Positions 1-9,744 of a stretch of DNA of 64,000 nt are shown here, piece by piece. The notes under the pieces are model-generated. The model did no database searches, was not told the origin of the DNA, and worked only from the letters and a program-made list of their open reading frames with translations. A program made the position numbers and the translations under genes. Position 1 is the stretch's first letter; each line of letters opens with the position of its first letter. Origin of the DNA: Candidatus Kerfeldbacteria bacterium (GTDB lineage: Bacteria; Patescibacteriota; Patescibacteriia; SBBC01); the NCBI GenBank assembly GCA_016207275.1, contig JACQPY010000017.1, positions 2,479-66,478 on the forward strand, in the 5' to 3' direction.

Positions 1-780
1 CCCATAGCCTCTACGGAACAACGCTTCCGCAGCCTCCGTACCTGGAATTGGTCCATGGCCGTTTTACACTTTGTCCAAGGCGTGATTATGGTGGCGATTA
101 GCAACGCATCATCGCTGCCGGTCTTTACATCGTATCTCAAAATCAATCCCAATAATCCTATCTTCGGCGTTGCGTCAACGCCGGAACATTGGTTTGATCT
201 TCGACTTGGTCCGGCTGTGTCCGTTTTTCTATTTCTCTCCGCCATTGCCCACTTTTTGCTCGCTGGCCCGCTGCGCATTTGGTATGAAGAGAATTTGGTC
301 AAGGGCATGAACAAACTGCGCTGGTTTGAATACATGCTCTCGTCCTCAGTCATGATCTGGATCATTGCTATGCTTTGCGGGGTGTATGATTTTTGGCTGC
401 TCATTACTCTCTTTTCGCTGAACGCGATCATGAACTTGATGGGGCTCATCATGGAAGTCCATAACCAAACAACTCCGAAAACGAATTGGCTCTCTTACTA
501 CGTTGGTGTATTCGCCGGTGCAATACCTTGGGTTGTGATCTTCACGTACTTTGGTGCGGCCATTTCCAGCACCGGCGTGAACGTCCCGGGGTTTGTATAC
601 GCGATTGTATTCACGATTTTTGCGACGTTCTCAATTTTTGCCATCAACATGATCCTGCAGTACAAGAAAGTCGGTCCATGGAAAGATTATTTCTATGGCG
701 AGCGAGCCTATATGATTTTGTCTTTAGTTGCAAAATCGCTTCTGGCTTGGGAAATATTTTCGGGGACGCTACGACCGTAG
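1..780 (+). CDS. heliorhodopsin (5'-partial; reading frame is open to window start)
   Basis: 7-TM protein. Strong similarity to heliorhodopsin 48C12 (established knowledge): RWFEYMLSSSVMIWIIAMLCG versus RWVEYSLSSSVMIVLIAQICG. The retinal-Lys helix matches (GERAYMILSLVAKSLLAWEIFSGTL). The frame upstream of ATG-55 has no stop and still aligns to the HeR N-terminus, so the true start lies outside the window. Gene GC (~47%) is below the local average. Confidence 0.85.
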   Translation, partial: PIASTEQRFRSLRTWNWSMAVLHFVQGVIMVAISNASSLPVFTSYLKINPNNPIFGVASTPEHWFDLRLGPAVSVFLFLSAIAHFLLAGPLRIWYEENLVKGMNKLRWFEYMLSSSVMIWIIAMLCGVYDFWLLITLFSLNAIMNLMGLIMEVHNQTTPKTNWLSYYVGVFAGAIPWVVIFTYFGAAISSTGVNVPGFVYAIVFTIFATFSIFAINMILQYKKVGPWKDYFYGERAYMILSLVAKSLLAWEIFSGTLRP

Positions 781-1192
781 TAAAATAATTCGGCGGCGCG
801 CCCCGCAGCCCCTCGACTCCGCCCACTCGGCCTTGAGCTCGTGACCGAAAGGTCGGGACAAGCGCGGGGCACCCCGTAGTAGTCCTCATGAAGCTCCGCC
901 AGCGGGAGCTGGCCGTATCCCCAGTTGTTACGGTGCGGAGCGGAATCCCGCACCGAAGACCGTCCGCACCAATCTCATCCACCGACCGAGTCGGTGGTCT
1001 TCTGGTGCGCGGATAAACTCGGACACTACGGGGCAGGCGAACCCCTGTCTGCCGACAGGCAGGCCTCGGGCGGCGGGAAAATGTGACGGAGAAAGCTGCT
1101 GCGTCCCTGAGGACTGATATCATTCATGTTTGACAGTTACGGCTGGCTGGCTTAAGCTGCTACTAGACTTTCGGTGGCTCGAAGGAAGACTT

Positions 1193-1651
1193 ATGTCTGA
1201 ACAAATCACGAGGGAATACTTCAAAACCTTCATGGCTGAATTTCGGGAAGGACTGAAGGCTGATTTTGCGACCAAAGAGGACATTCGCCGCTTCGAAAGC
1301 CAGATGGCAACCAAAGAAGACCTGAGAGGTTTTACTACCAGGGCAGATCTGAAGGGTCTGGCGACGAAGGAGGATCTGAAAGGCTTTGCCACGAAAGAAG
1401 ACCTGAGAGGTTTCGCCAGGACGGAAGACATCCACCGACTTGAAACGAACATGGCAACAAAAGAAGACGTGCATGATCTGTCCACCCAGATTCATGCCAG
1501 CTTTTCCAATCTACAGTCTTCAGTGGATCGTTACCTGCACCGGACTGAAGGTTGGCACCAGGAGTTTTCAGTTCTCAAAGGCAAGCACGAGAAACTTTCC
1601 GGCGCTTTGATTAAAAAAGGCTTGATTAACGAGAAAGATACACTTCTTTAG
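1193..1651 (+). CDS. repeat protein with tandem 11-residue ATKEDLxGF repeats (coiled-coil, DUF1640-like?)
   Basis: 33-nt DNA tandem repeats encode ATKEDIRRF/ATKEDLRGF/ATKEDLKGF units. The preferred start is ATG 1193, preceded by GGAAG. The ORF track offers 1130. Confidence 0.6.
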   Translation: MSEQITREYFKTFMAEFREGLKADFATKEDIRRFESQMATKEDLRGFTTRADLKGLATKEDLKGFATKEDLRGFARTEDIHRLETNMATKEDVHDLSTQIHASFSNLQSSVDRYLHRTEGWHQEFSVLKGKHEKLSGALIKKGLINEKDTLL

Positions 1652-1725
1652 GTTTTGGCAAAGTCCAGCACCACCTCGGCTTCCACTTGCCACGGCTTTC
1701 GTTTTGTTTATGGTAGAATGCGTGC

Positions 1726-2643
1726 ATGACAAAAACTGTTTCGTGGGATAAGGTGGCGGAATGGTGGGACCGCGCGGCTGGCGAAACAGGGGTATGGCAT
1801 CAGGAGCATGATATCGATCCGGTTGTCCGGCGCCTGCTCGGCAGGGTGAAGAGCAGGGTAATTTTGGAAATCGGCTGCGGCAATGGATATTTTTCTCGGC
1901 AGTTGGCTCGAGCTGGGGCAGAAGTAACAGCCATTGATAAATCGAAAAAGTTCGTTTCATTGGCCCAAGAGAAGAAAAAACGTCACCCCTTGAGGATTCA
2001 TTACCTCCAGCATGACGCGGTAAACCTCAAGGGTTTGGGATCCCTAAAATTCGATATCGTATTAGCCAATATGGTGTTAATGGACGTTCCACATTTTCAT
2101 CAGGTGATGAAGGAAGTAGCTCGCGTGTTGAAGTCATCCGGTCGGTTCGTTTTTTCGATTGTCCATCCACTGTATTCTGACTGGCAACATGCCGTTGTCT
2201 CATACAAAGGGAAGAAGTACTATGCTCGGGTTTTGAAGAAGTACATGTCCGAAACCGACAATGACCGGATGCACTGGAAGAGCGGACATGCGACGATTCA
2301 CTACCATCGCCCGTTGCAGTCGTACATTCATGCGCTGCGTGACGCCGGATTCCTTGTCCGAGACATCTACGAGATTCGGACTTCCAGAAAGTTGGTTCGA
2401 GCGCCGTCCGCGGGAGAAAAGAATCGTGGACAAGTTGACGCGATACTTCATTTCGAATCAAGACAGGAAGTTAAAGCTGGCGAGCCGCCGCGAAATACCA
2501 CTCTTCCTCGTAGTCGAAGCGGTGAAGGCTATTCGCTAACTTCTGGCCAACGCAAGCAGTCGCGGCGGTTTTCGTTTTGCAAGACTACACATAGGACGAA
2601 AGGCCGCGGGAGTACTCCAACGGCCTTGTTGCCCTTGTCATAA
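1726..2643 (+). CDS. class I SAM-dependent methyltransferase
   Basis: Motif I VILEIGCGNGYFSRQLA. TGGTAGAAT -10 box lies 6 nt upstream of ATG, suggesting a leaderless transcript. The C-terminal tail is low-complexity. Confidence 0.75.
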   Translation: MTKTVSWDKVAEWWDRAAGETGVWHQEHDIDPVVRRLLGRVKSRVILEIGCGNGYFSRQLARAGAEVTAIDKSKKFVSLAQEKKKRHPLRIHYLQHDAVNLKGLGSLKFDIVLANMVLMDVPHFHQVMKEVARVLKSSGRFVFSIVHPLYSDWQHAVVSYKGKKYYARVLKKYMSETDNDRMHWKSGHATIHYHRPLQSYIHALRDAGFLVRDIYEIRTSRKLVRAPSAGEKNRGQVDAILHFESRQEVKAGEPPRNTTLPRSRSGEGYSLTSGQRKQSRRFSFCKTTHRTKGRGSTPTALLPLS

Positions 2644-2651
2644 CGTGACGC

Positions 2652-3110
2652 CTAACCCTTGAACACGAAGCTCATCTCGCCGGAGATGACCGTTCTGGCG
2701 TTGGTGAAGGTGAACAGCAGGAAGTCCTCCAGCCTCCTGATCTCCTTCCAGTTCTTGAGCGTGAAGCGCATCTCGAACGGCGCGCCCTTGATCACGCGCT
2801 GGTGGAAGGTCATCGCCAGGTTGCGGTAGAAGATCTCCCACTCGACCGCGGCCCGGCGAAAGGCGGCTACATCCATGTCCACGGGCAGCAGGCGCTGATC
2901 GAGAATGTGCTCGGCCAGCAGGTAGCAGGCCTGGCTCAAGCATCGGACGTAGTTCTCAGCCGTGACGTACGGGATCGGATTGGCCGTGTACTGCGTTCCC
3001 TCCGGTACGCAGCAGGTGACGGTGATTCCGAGGCTGGCGTCATCGAAGGCGTAACTGGTGATGAAGGTCTGTTCGGGCGGGTACAGCAGTTTCAGGATGT
3101 TGTCTGGCAT
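2652..3110 (-). CDS. hypothetical protein (only clear minus-strand protein gene in the window)
   Basis: 152-aa ORF. GAGGAG lies 4 nt upstream of ATG on the minus strand. No competing plus-strand gene. Function unknown. Confidence 0.55.
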   Translation of the reverse strand: MPDNILKLLYPPEQTFITSYAFDDASLGITVTCCVPEGTQYTANPIPYVTAENYVRCLSQACYLLAEHILDQRLLPVDMDVAAFRRAAVEWEIFYRNLAMTFHQRVIKGAPFEMRFTLKNWKEIRRLEDFLLFTFTNARTVISGEMSFVFKG

Positions 3111-3469
3111 TGGCTCCTCGTCTTGGGCCGATCAAGCGCCTGGACTGGTTATTGAGACGCGCAATGTATTCGGTTGACAAAAGGCATGGGTTCTTTACCG
3201 TATCGCTCCTACGTTGTCAAGATTCAATCATCGCGTCAACCAGAGCGGAAGGTCATCGTCGTCTACCGCACGTCCCCGGACAGCCACCGTAATCATACAA
3301 GCGCTGTTCATTACCCATCCACGGAGACGTGGGTGGTTTTCATTTTCGTTGGCGCGCAGGCCTGTCCCGTCATACGACGGGATCCCGCCTTCCTTTAGAT
3401 TTTGACATCAAGGTGGCGGGAAAAGCCGGCGCTGGGGAAATTTCATGTTTTCCGATATAATATTGTTAC

Positions 3470-4726
3470 ATGTTCCACCCGAAAAAAACATTCAAACGCA
3501 TCGGTCCGGGCGTGATTACCGGCGCGTCTGACGACGATCCATCAGGCATTGCCACGTACTCGCAAGCCGGGGCGCAGTTCGGGTACGGCCTGCTGTGGAT
3601 GGCGCTCTTCACCACCCCGATGATGATGGCGGTTCAGGAAATGTCGGCCCGGCTCGGCCTGGTCAGCGGTCAGGGACTGGCGGCGGTTTTTCGGAAGCAC
3701 ACCTCGGTCAAAGTGGTCTTCATCCTGAGCAGCCTGCTGTTCCTGGTCAACACCATCAACATCGGTGCTGACCTGAGCGCCATGGCCGCGGCCGTGCAGC
3801 TGCTGGTGCCGGCCTCACCGTGGGTCTACCTGGTGCTGTTTGCGTTGGGCATTGCCGTGCTTGAAGTATTTGTCAGCTACCGCCGGTACGTCAATGTGCT
3901 GCGCTGGTTGACGCTATCACTGCTGGCGTACGTGGCGGCGGCGTTTTTTGTGCAACAGGACTGGTTGGCGGTGCTGAAGCAAACAATCGTCCCGACGCTG
4001 ACGTTTACCCCGGCGTCGTTGACCATGGTGGTGGCCGTACTGGGCACGACCATTTCTCCGTATTTGTTTTTTTGGCAAACGTCGGAGGAAGTGGAAGAGG
4101 AAATAGCGACCGGCCGGAAGACCGTTCGGGCCCGCCGCGGGGCGACGTCAATTGAACTCAAATCGATGCGGCGCGACGTCGCCGCCGGCATGATTTTTTC
4201 CAACGTGATCATGTTCTTCATCATTGTGATGTCCGCAGCCACGCTCCATCGAGCCGGTATCACCAACATTCAAACTGCGGTCCAGGCGGCCGAGGCGCTT
4301 CGGCCGCTAACCGCCAACTTCGCTTTCATCCTTTTTACCCTCGGTATTGTCGGCACCGGTTTACTGGCCATTCCAATCCTGGCCGCTTCGGCCTCGTACG
4401 CCATCGCCGAAGTATTCGGCTGGCGTGAAGGCCTGTCGGAAAACTATCGGCACGCCCATTCGTTTTACCTGGTGATGGTCGTGGCGATTGCCCTCGGCCT
4501 GCTGACCAATGCCCTCGGCGTTCCACCGATTAGCTTCCTAGTTTTCGCCGCTGTCCTCAATGGCTTGCTGGCACCGATATTCTTATGGTACATCATTCGG
4601 TTAGCGGATCGCCGAGACATCGTTGGTCGCCGCCGCAGTCCGACAGTCGTGCGCCTGGTCGGTTGGGCGACGTTTACGGTCATCGCCCTGGCCACCGTCG
4701 CCCTCGTCATCCAGTATGTGGTGTAA
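3470..4726 (+). CDS. Nramp-family divalent metal cation transporter
   Basis: N-terminal GPGVITGASDDDPSGIATYSQAG signature of the Nramp/MntH superfamily. Polytopic membrane protein. TATAAT lies 8 nt upstream of ATG. Confidence 0.8.
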   Translation: MFHPKKTFKRIGPGVITGASDDDPSGIATYSQAGAQFGYGLLWMALFTTPMMMAVQEMSARLGLVSGQGLAAVFRKHTSVKVVFILSSLLFLVNTINIGADLSAMAAAVQLLVPASPWVYLVLFALGIAVLEVFVSYRRYVNVLRWLTLSLLAYVAAAFFVQQDWLAVLKQTIVPTLTFTPASLTMVVAVLGTTISPYLFFWQTSEEVEEEIATGRKTVRARRGATSIELKSMRRDVAAGMIFSNVIMFFIIVMSAATLHRAGITNIQTAVQAAEALRPLTANFAFILFTLGIVGTGLLAIPILAASASYAIAEVFGWREGLSENYRHAHSFYLVMVVAIALGLLTNALGVPPISFLVFAAVLNGLLAPIFLWYIIRLADRRDIVGRRRSPTVVRLVGWATFTVIALATVALVIQYVV

Positions 4727-4729
4727 CCA

Positions 4730-7456
4730 ATGACCATGGAACAGCCGCCATTGACGATTCCCTGGCACGCCCAAAATATCGAGGAGGTACTCCGACAGCT
4801 GCGGACGACCATTCGCGGTTTGACCTCGACCGAAGCGGCCGAACGGCAACGCAGCGCTGGCCGAAACGTCATTACGGTTCGACGTCGACGTTCTGACGCC
4901 CGGTTGTTCATCAGTCAGTTTGCCAGTCCGTTAGTCCTGATTCTGTTCGGCGCCGCGGCCATCTCGTTTTTCTTCGAGGCGCTGACCGACGCGTTCATCA
5001 TCATTGGGGTTTTGGTGTTCAATGCGGTCGTCGGGTTCATGCAAGAGCGCAAAGCCGACGAAGCGATGAATCGCTTGCGGTCGTTGTCGCCGCAGCTGGT
5101 GTTAGTCCTGCGGGATGGCGAAGAGCGGCAGCTGCCAGCCGAAGAGCTGGTGGCTGGCGACGTGGTTCGGCTTGAAGTCGGTTCGGTCGTACCGGCTGAT
5201 GGACGATTGGTCGAGGCGATAAACTTGAAAATCAACGAGGCGGTTTTTACCGGCGAGTCGGTTCCGGCGGAAAAACATACTGATCCGCTTGGTTCGTCAA
5301 CCTCGTTGCCCGACCGACGCAACCTGGCGTGGCGCGGCACGACGGTGGCGTCCGGTCGGGGGCGGTTGGCGGTGACGGACATCGGGACGGCCACGCGTTT
5401 TGGACAAATTGTTCAGGCCGTCGCCGCCGCTGAGGAAGACGCAACGCCGTTCCAACGTAAGATCGCCGATTTTGCCAAGCGCCTGGCCGCAGTCATTGTT
5501 GTCCTGTCGGTGGTAATCCTGGGCTTGAGCGTCGCCCGCTCGTTCTCGTTTGAAGATTCATTGTTGCTCAGCGTTAGCTTGGTCGTGTCGTTGATTCCGG
5601 AGGGTCTGCCAGTGGTCATCACCTTGGCCTTTGCCTGGGGCATGTGGCAGATGGCTAAGCGGCGCGCGCTGATTCGCAAACTCTACGCCGTGGAAACACT
5701 CGGTTCGGTGACGATCATCGCCTCGGACAAGACCGGGACGCTGACGTTCGGCGAAATGATGGTTGAGGAAATCATCACCGACCATCGGCGCGTTCGCGTC
5801 ACCGGCGAAGGCTACGGTCGACACGGGGATTTCTTCGAGGGCGAGCAGCAAATTTCACTCGTTGAGGACACGGTCTTGCGCCGGCTGGTCGAGGTCGGCG
5901 TACTCAACAATGACAGTCAGTTGTCGCATGACGAGCACGGCCAGGAGCGTTGGCTCGGCGATCCGACCGAAATCAGCCTGACCGTCCTCGGCTATAAAGT
6001 CTCCTTGACACGGGATGAACTTGAGCGGGCCTTTCCCCGGGTGGGCGAGTTTCCGTTCGATTTCTCGTTAAAGTACATGGTCACCTTCCACACCGCTGCG
6101 AACCAGCGTTACTTGGTTGCCGTCAAGGGCGCGCCGCGCCAAATTCTGGACCGCTGCACGCGTAAATTAACCCCGGACGGTGTCGAGCCGTTCACCGCCG
6201 CCGACCGGCAAGAAGCCAGGGCGGCGTTCGAAGAACTGGCGACGCGCTCGCTTCGCGGGCTGGCCTTTGCCTACGCCGAAACTGATGCCGACTGGCGATC
6301 AATCACGCACCAAAACCTTGGTCAGCACCTGGTCTACCTCGGTTTAGTTGGCATCCGCGACCAGGTTCGACCTGAGGCGCGAGACACAGTTGAGGCCGCT
6401 CGCGCCGCCGGAATTCGCGTCATCATGCTGACCGGCGACTACCGGGTAACGGCGGTGGCGGTGGCGCGCGAGATCGGCATCTTAGCGGCGGGACATGACG
6501 ACCGGGCAGTCCTCGACGGTCGAGACCTCGATCGGTTGAGCGATCGTGAGCTCAGCCAGCGGCTGTCGCAAGCGGTGGTGTTTAGTCGCGTCTCACCGGA
6601 GCAGAAATTGCGAATTGCCCGCTTGCTCAAGCGCGGCGGCCAGATCGTCGCCATGACCGGCGACGGCATCAATGATGTCCCGGCGCTGACCGAAGCCAAC
6701 ATCGGCGTGGCCATTGGTACGACTAGCACCGACGCGGCCAAAGAAGCAGCGGAAATGGTGGTGACCGATGGTAACCTGTCCAGCATTTTGGCGGCGGTCG
6801 AGGAAGGCCGGGTTATTTTTCGTAACATCCAGCGGGTGCTGATCTACCTTCTCGCCTCAAACCTGGGCGAGCTGGTCTTAATTTTGAGCGCGCTCTTCAT
6901 CGGCCTGCCGCTGCCATTGCTACCGATTCACATTATCTGGCTGAACGTGGTGACTGATCCGTTCATGGGCCTGGCCTTGGCGCGGGAGCCAAAAGGGCCG
7001 CATGTTATGGCGGAACGTCCGCGCGATCCAGCGGCCGCCATCCTGGGAACCGGACACTGGGCCCGAATTGCTCTCAACGGCTCGGTCGTCGGCCTCAGCA
7101 GCTTAGCGGTGTTGCTGGTAGCGACCGCCGCCGGCCGATCAACGCCTGAGCTGTTTGGCCTAACGCTGACCACCATGGCCTTGGGTGAGTGGTTTGTCGC
7201 TCTGAACAGTCGCTCGGGTCGGCGGAGCTTGTTGACCCAATTGACGAACAACCGATTGATCCTGGTCGCCTTAGCGCTGGTGATCGGCATGCAGCTGGCA
7301 ATCTTGTATGTCCCGGCCCTGGCGGCGGCCTTTCATCTGGAGTCGCTGCGGGCCATTGATTGGCTGTGGGTTACCCTGGCGGCAGGAAGCGTCATCGTGG
7401 TCGAAGAAATTCGTAAGCTGGTTGTTCGCCAGCGGCACCGTCGGTCATCGCCATGA
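4730..7456 (+). CDS. cation-transporting P-type ATPase (P2-type, Ca2+/Mg2+/Mn2+-like)
   Basis: DKTGTLT phosphorylation motif, MTGDGINDVPAL hinge motif, ~10 TM. Starts 4 nt after the Nramp stop, so it is operonic. Confidence 0.9.
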   Translation: MTMEQPPLTIPWHAQNIEEVLRQLRTTIRGLTSTEAAERQRSAGRNVITVRRRRSDARLFISQFASPLVLILFGAAAISFFFEALTDAFIIIGVLVFNAVVGFMQERKADEAMNRLRSLSPQLVLVLRDGEERQLPAEELVAGDVVRLEVGSVVPADGRLVEAINLKINEAVFTGESVPAEKHTDPLGSSTSLPDRRNLAWRGTTVASGRGRLAVTDIGTATRFGQIVQAVAAAEEDATPFQRKIADFAKRLAAVIVVLSVVILGLSVARSFSFEDSLLLSVSLVVSLIPEGLPVVITLAFAWGMWQMAKRRALIRKLYAVETLGSVTIIASDKTGTLTFGEMMVEEIITDHRRVRVTGEGYGRHGDFFEGEQQISLVEDTVLRRLVEVGVLNNDSQLSHDEHGQERWLGDPTEISLTVLGYKVSLTRDELERAFPRVGEFPFDFSLKYMVTFHTAANQRYLVAVKGAPRQILDRCTRKLTPDGVEPFTAADRQEARAAFEELATRSLRGLAFAYAETDADWRSITHQNLGQHLVYLGLVGIRDQVRPEARDTVEAARAAGIRVIMLTGDYRVTAVAVAREIGILAAGHDDRAVLDGRDLDRLSDRELSQRLSQAVVFSRVSPEQKLRIARLLKRGGQIVAMTGDGINDVPALTEANIGVAIGTTSTDAAKEAAEMVVTDGNLSSILAAVEEGRVIFRNIQRVLIYLLASNLGELVLILSALFIGLPLPLLPIHIIWLNVVTDPFMGLALAREPKGPHVMAERPRDPAAAILGTGHWARIALNGSVVGLSSLAVLLVATAAGRSTPELFGLTLTTMALGEWFVALNSRSGRRSLLTQLTNNRLILVALALVIGMQLAILYVPALAAAFHLESLRAIDWLWVTLAAGSVIVVEEIRKLVVRQRHRRSSP

Positions 7457-8058
7457 TGCAGAAAATTATCATCGCCTCGGTTTACCTCGTCCAAGCGGGC
7501 TTGCTCGTCTATGAGCTGATCGCCCAGTACGACAGCCGTGGTCGGCAGAACGCTCTGGCTATCACCAACCTAGCCACCATCGCCATCTACGTCTTAGTGC
7601 AGCGCTACGTTCGGCGGCGGTACGGGATTACCCTGCACTGGATCGTGCTGGTAATTTTGAGCGCCGGCGTCTGGCTCGACGCCGTCGGCAACTTCCAGCA
7701 CTTCTACGCCCGGTACTGGTGGTGGGATCGGTTGACCCACGCCGTCGGCGGTTTAGCGGCGACGGTCGGTGTCTATATGATAGCCGTAGCGTTGTGGCAG
7801 GCTGGCCGGCTGGCCGTGTCCTGGCGGGTCCTCAACCTCTATGTCTTCTGTTTAGCCCAAACGCTGGGCGCCCTCTATGAGGTTTCCGAGTGGGTCGGTG
7901 ACGAGCTCTTCCTCACCCACCGGGTCCAAGGATTGTTCGACACGCCGCGTGATATCTTTTTCAACATGATCGGCGGGGTAACGGTGGTGCTCATCGGTAC
8001 CTGGTGGCGGATGCGCCATCGGGCCGTTCATCCGCCAGGCGATGCTGACCGTATCTAA
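7453..8058 (+). CDS. polytopic membrane protein (DUF2238/YjdF-like)
   Basis: Hydrophobic helices throughout. ATGA start/stop overlap with the ATPase gene. Confidence 0.55.
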   Translation: MMQKIIIASVYLVQAGLLVYELIAQYDSRGRQNALAITNLATIAIYVLVQRYVRRRYGITLHWIVLVILSAGVWLDAVGNFQHFYARYWWWDRLTHAVGGLAATVGVYMIAVALWQAGRLAVSWRVLNLYVFCLAQTLGALYEVSEWVGDELFLTHRVQGLFDTPRDIFFNMIGGVTVVLIGTWWRMRHRAVHPPGDADRI

Positions 8059-9688
8059 GCGTGGGCTGGGTGCCCTGGTCATTGGCGGCGCGTTGCTGGT
8101 TAGCGCGACGTTGATGCTGACGGCGGCGGTCGAGGATTCACAGACCGCCGACGAAGCGACGTACCTGGTTTCCGGTTTGAGCTACTGGCGAACCGGCGAT
8201 TTTCGTTTAAACGTCGAGCATCCGCCGGTGCTAAAATTGTGGTTGAGCCTGCCGCTGCGGTTAGGCGGGGTCCCGTTCGTTCCGACCGAATCAGCTTGGG
8301 CCGGCGCCAGTCAATGGGACATCGCCTTGACGACGCTCTATGGTTCATCCGTCCCTGGGCATGAATTGCTGGTCAGCGCCCGGCTGATGAACGTGATGTT
8401 GACGATCGCCTTAGTGGCCGTGGCCGCGCTGCTGGCTTACAAAACCTGGGGCGGCCGAGCGGCCGTGGTCGCCGCGGTCCTGACTGCCTTCGAGCCGAAT
8501 GTTCTCGCCAACGGCCATCTCGCCACCACCGATGTCGGTTACACCCTCGGTCTACTTGCCAGCCTGTTGACGTTCGGCTGGTTTTTGGAGCGCCGAACGA
8601 CGAGGCGCTTGCTGCTGGCTGCCAGTGCTTTTGCCGTTGCCCTGTTGACTCGCTTCAACGCGCTGATTCTGGTCGGGTTGCTGCCGACGGTATACGTGGT
8701 CGCTCGTCAAACCGCTGGCCAGGGTGTCCATTTACCTGGCCGGGAAATGCTGCGCATCATCGGTACCTTTGCCGGGGTCTCGTTGATGACGGTTTGGGCG
8801 TTCTACGGATTCGAGGTTCGTACGCTAACCGGCGTTCAAGATCAGACTGCCCGCCAGGTGCTCAGCTCGTTTGGGCCGCTCGGTCAGTGGATTCAATCGG
8901 TGTCGTTGCCCGCCGCATCGTACTTGAGTGGTTTACTGTGGCAAGTCGGCCACAATGCGGTTGGCCAGCCGGCCTATTTGTTTGGGCAGACCAGTCAGAC
9001 CGGTTGGTGGTACTACTTTCCCGCGGCCATGGTAATCAAAATGACGCTGGCTTCGCTGCTGCTGGCTGCCGCGGCGATCTGGTTTACCCGCGGTCGGTCA
9101 GCGGAGGATGGTGGTCGGGTTTTCTCGACACGGTACATCCTGATCAGCTTGGTAGTCATCTTGGTGGCGGCCCTGCCGAGCAAGTTAAACCTTGGCGTGC
9201 GATATGTGTTGCCGGCAATGACGCTGCTGCTGGTCCTGGCGTCCGGCGCGGCGGCGGCGTGGACACCGATGAGAAAGGTGCTGGTCGGGGCGCTCGTGCT
9301 GTGGCACGTCGTGTCAGTCGTCCACTTCGCGCCAACATTTTTGCCGTATGCCAATGAAGCATTTGGCGGTCCGACCCAGCTGCACCGTTACCTGATTGAT
9401 TCAAACCTTGATTGGGGACAGGATTTGATTCGCGTCCGCCGCTACCTCGAAGCCAATCACATTACTGCGTATCGTTTCCGATCGTTTACCACTGCGCCAG
9501 CGCGAGCTTATGGTTTGTTGGAGCACGACGTTCCGACTGACGAAACAGTTGCCAACGAGCCGTTTCACGGAGTCATCGTTGTCGGTCAGTCGTTTCTCTA
9601 CTATCCTGGGCAGCAGCTCGAGTGGCTAAAGCGTTTACGGCCAACCGCCGTCATTGGTCAGGCCACGAATGTCTACGATCTGCGGTAG
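8042..9688 (+). CDS. GT-C fold glycosyltransferase (PMT/ArnT-like, GT39/GT83 family)
   Basis: N-terminal loop DEATY motif followed by EHPPVLK, characteristic of PMT/ArnT-type lipid-linked sugar transferases. ~11 TM. Confidence 0.7.
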   Translation: MLTVSKRGLGALVIGGALLVSATLMLTAAVEDSQTADEATYLVSGLSYWRTGDFRLNVEHPPVLKLWLSLPLRLGGVPFVPTESAWAGASQWDIALTTLYGSSVPGHELLVSARLMNVMLTIALVAVAALLAYKTWGGRAAVVAAVLTAFEPNVLANGHLATTDVGYTLGLLASLLTFGWFLERRTTRRLLLAASAFAVALLTRFNALILVGLLPTVYVVARQTAGQGVHLPGREMLRIIGTFAGVSLMTVWAFYGFEVRTLTGVQDQTARQVLSSFGPLGQWIQSVSLPAASYLSGLLWQVGHNAVGQPAYLFGQTSQTGWWYYFPAAMVIKMTLASLLLAAAAIWFTRGRSAEDGGRVFSTRYILISLVVILVAALPSKLNLGVRYVLPAMTLLLVLASGAAAAWTPMRKVLVGALVLWHVVSVVHFAPTFLPYANEAFGGPTQLHRYLIDSNLDWGQDLIRVRRYLEANHITAYRFRSFTTAPARAYGLLEHDVPTDETVANEPFHGVIVVGQSFLYYPGQQLEWLKRLRPTAVIGQATNVYDLR

Positions 9689-9744
9689 CGCGGCCTGGCC
9701 AGCGATTGAGCCGTCCACGCATCACGTGGTATACTGACGGCACC

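Noticed and set aside
486-788. 100-aa alternative-frame ORF inside the heliorhodopsin gene
   Set aside because: It is out of frame with a strongly supported 7-TM rhodopsin. It is a shadow ORF.
844-878. Possible SRP (4.5S) RNA within the GC-rich spacer, based on a GACC-GAAA-GGTC GNRA hairpin
   Set aside because: The flanking sequence does not match the conserved SRP domain IV loops (GGAA/AGCA asymmetric and symmetric loops). The similarity is superficial.
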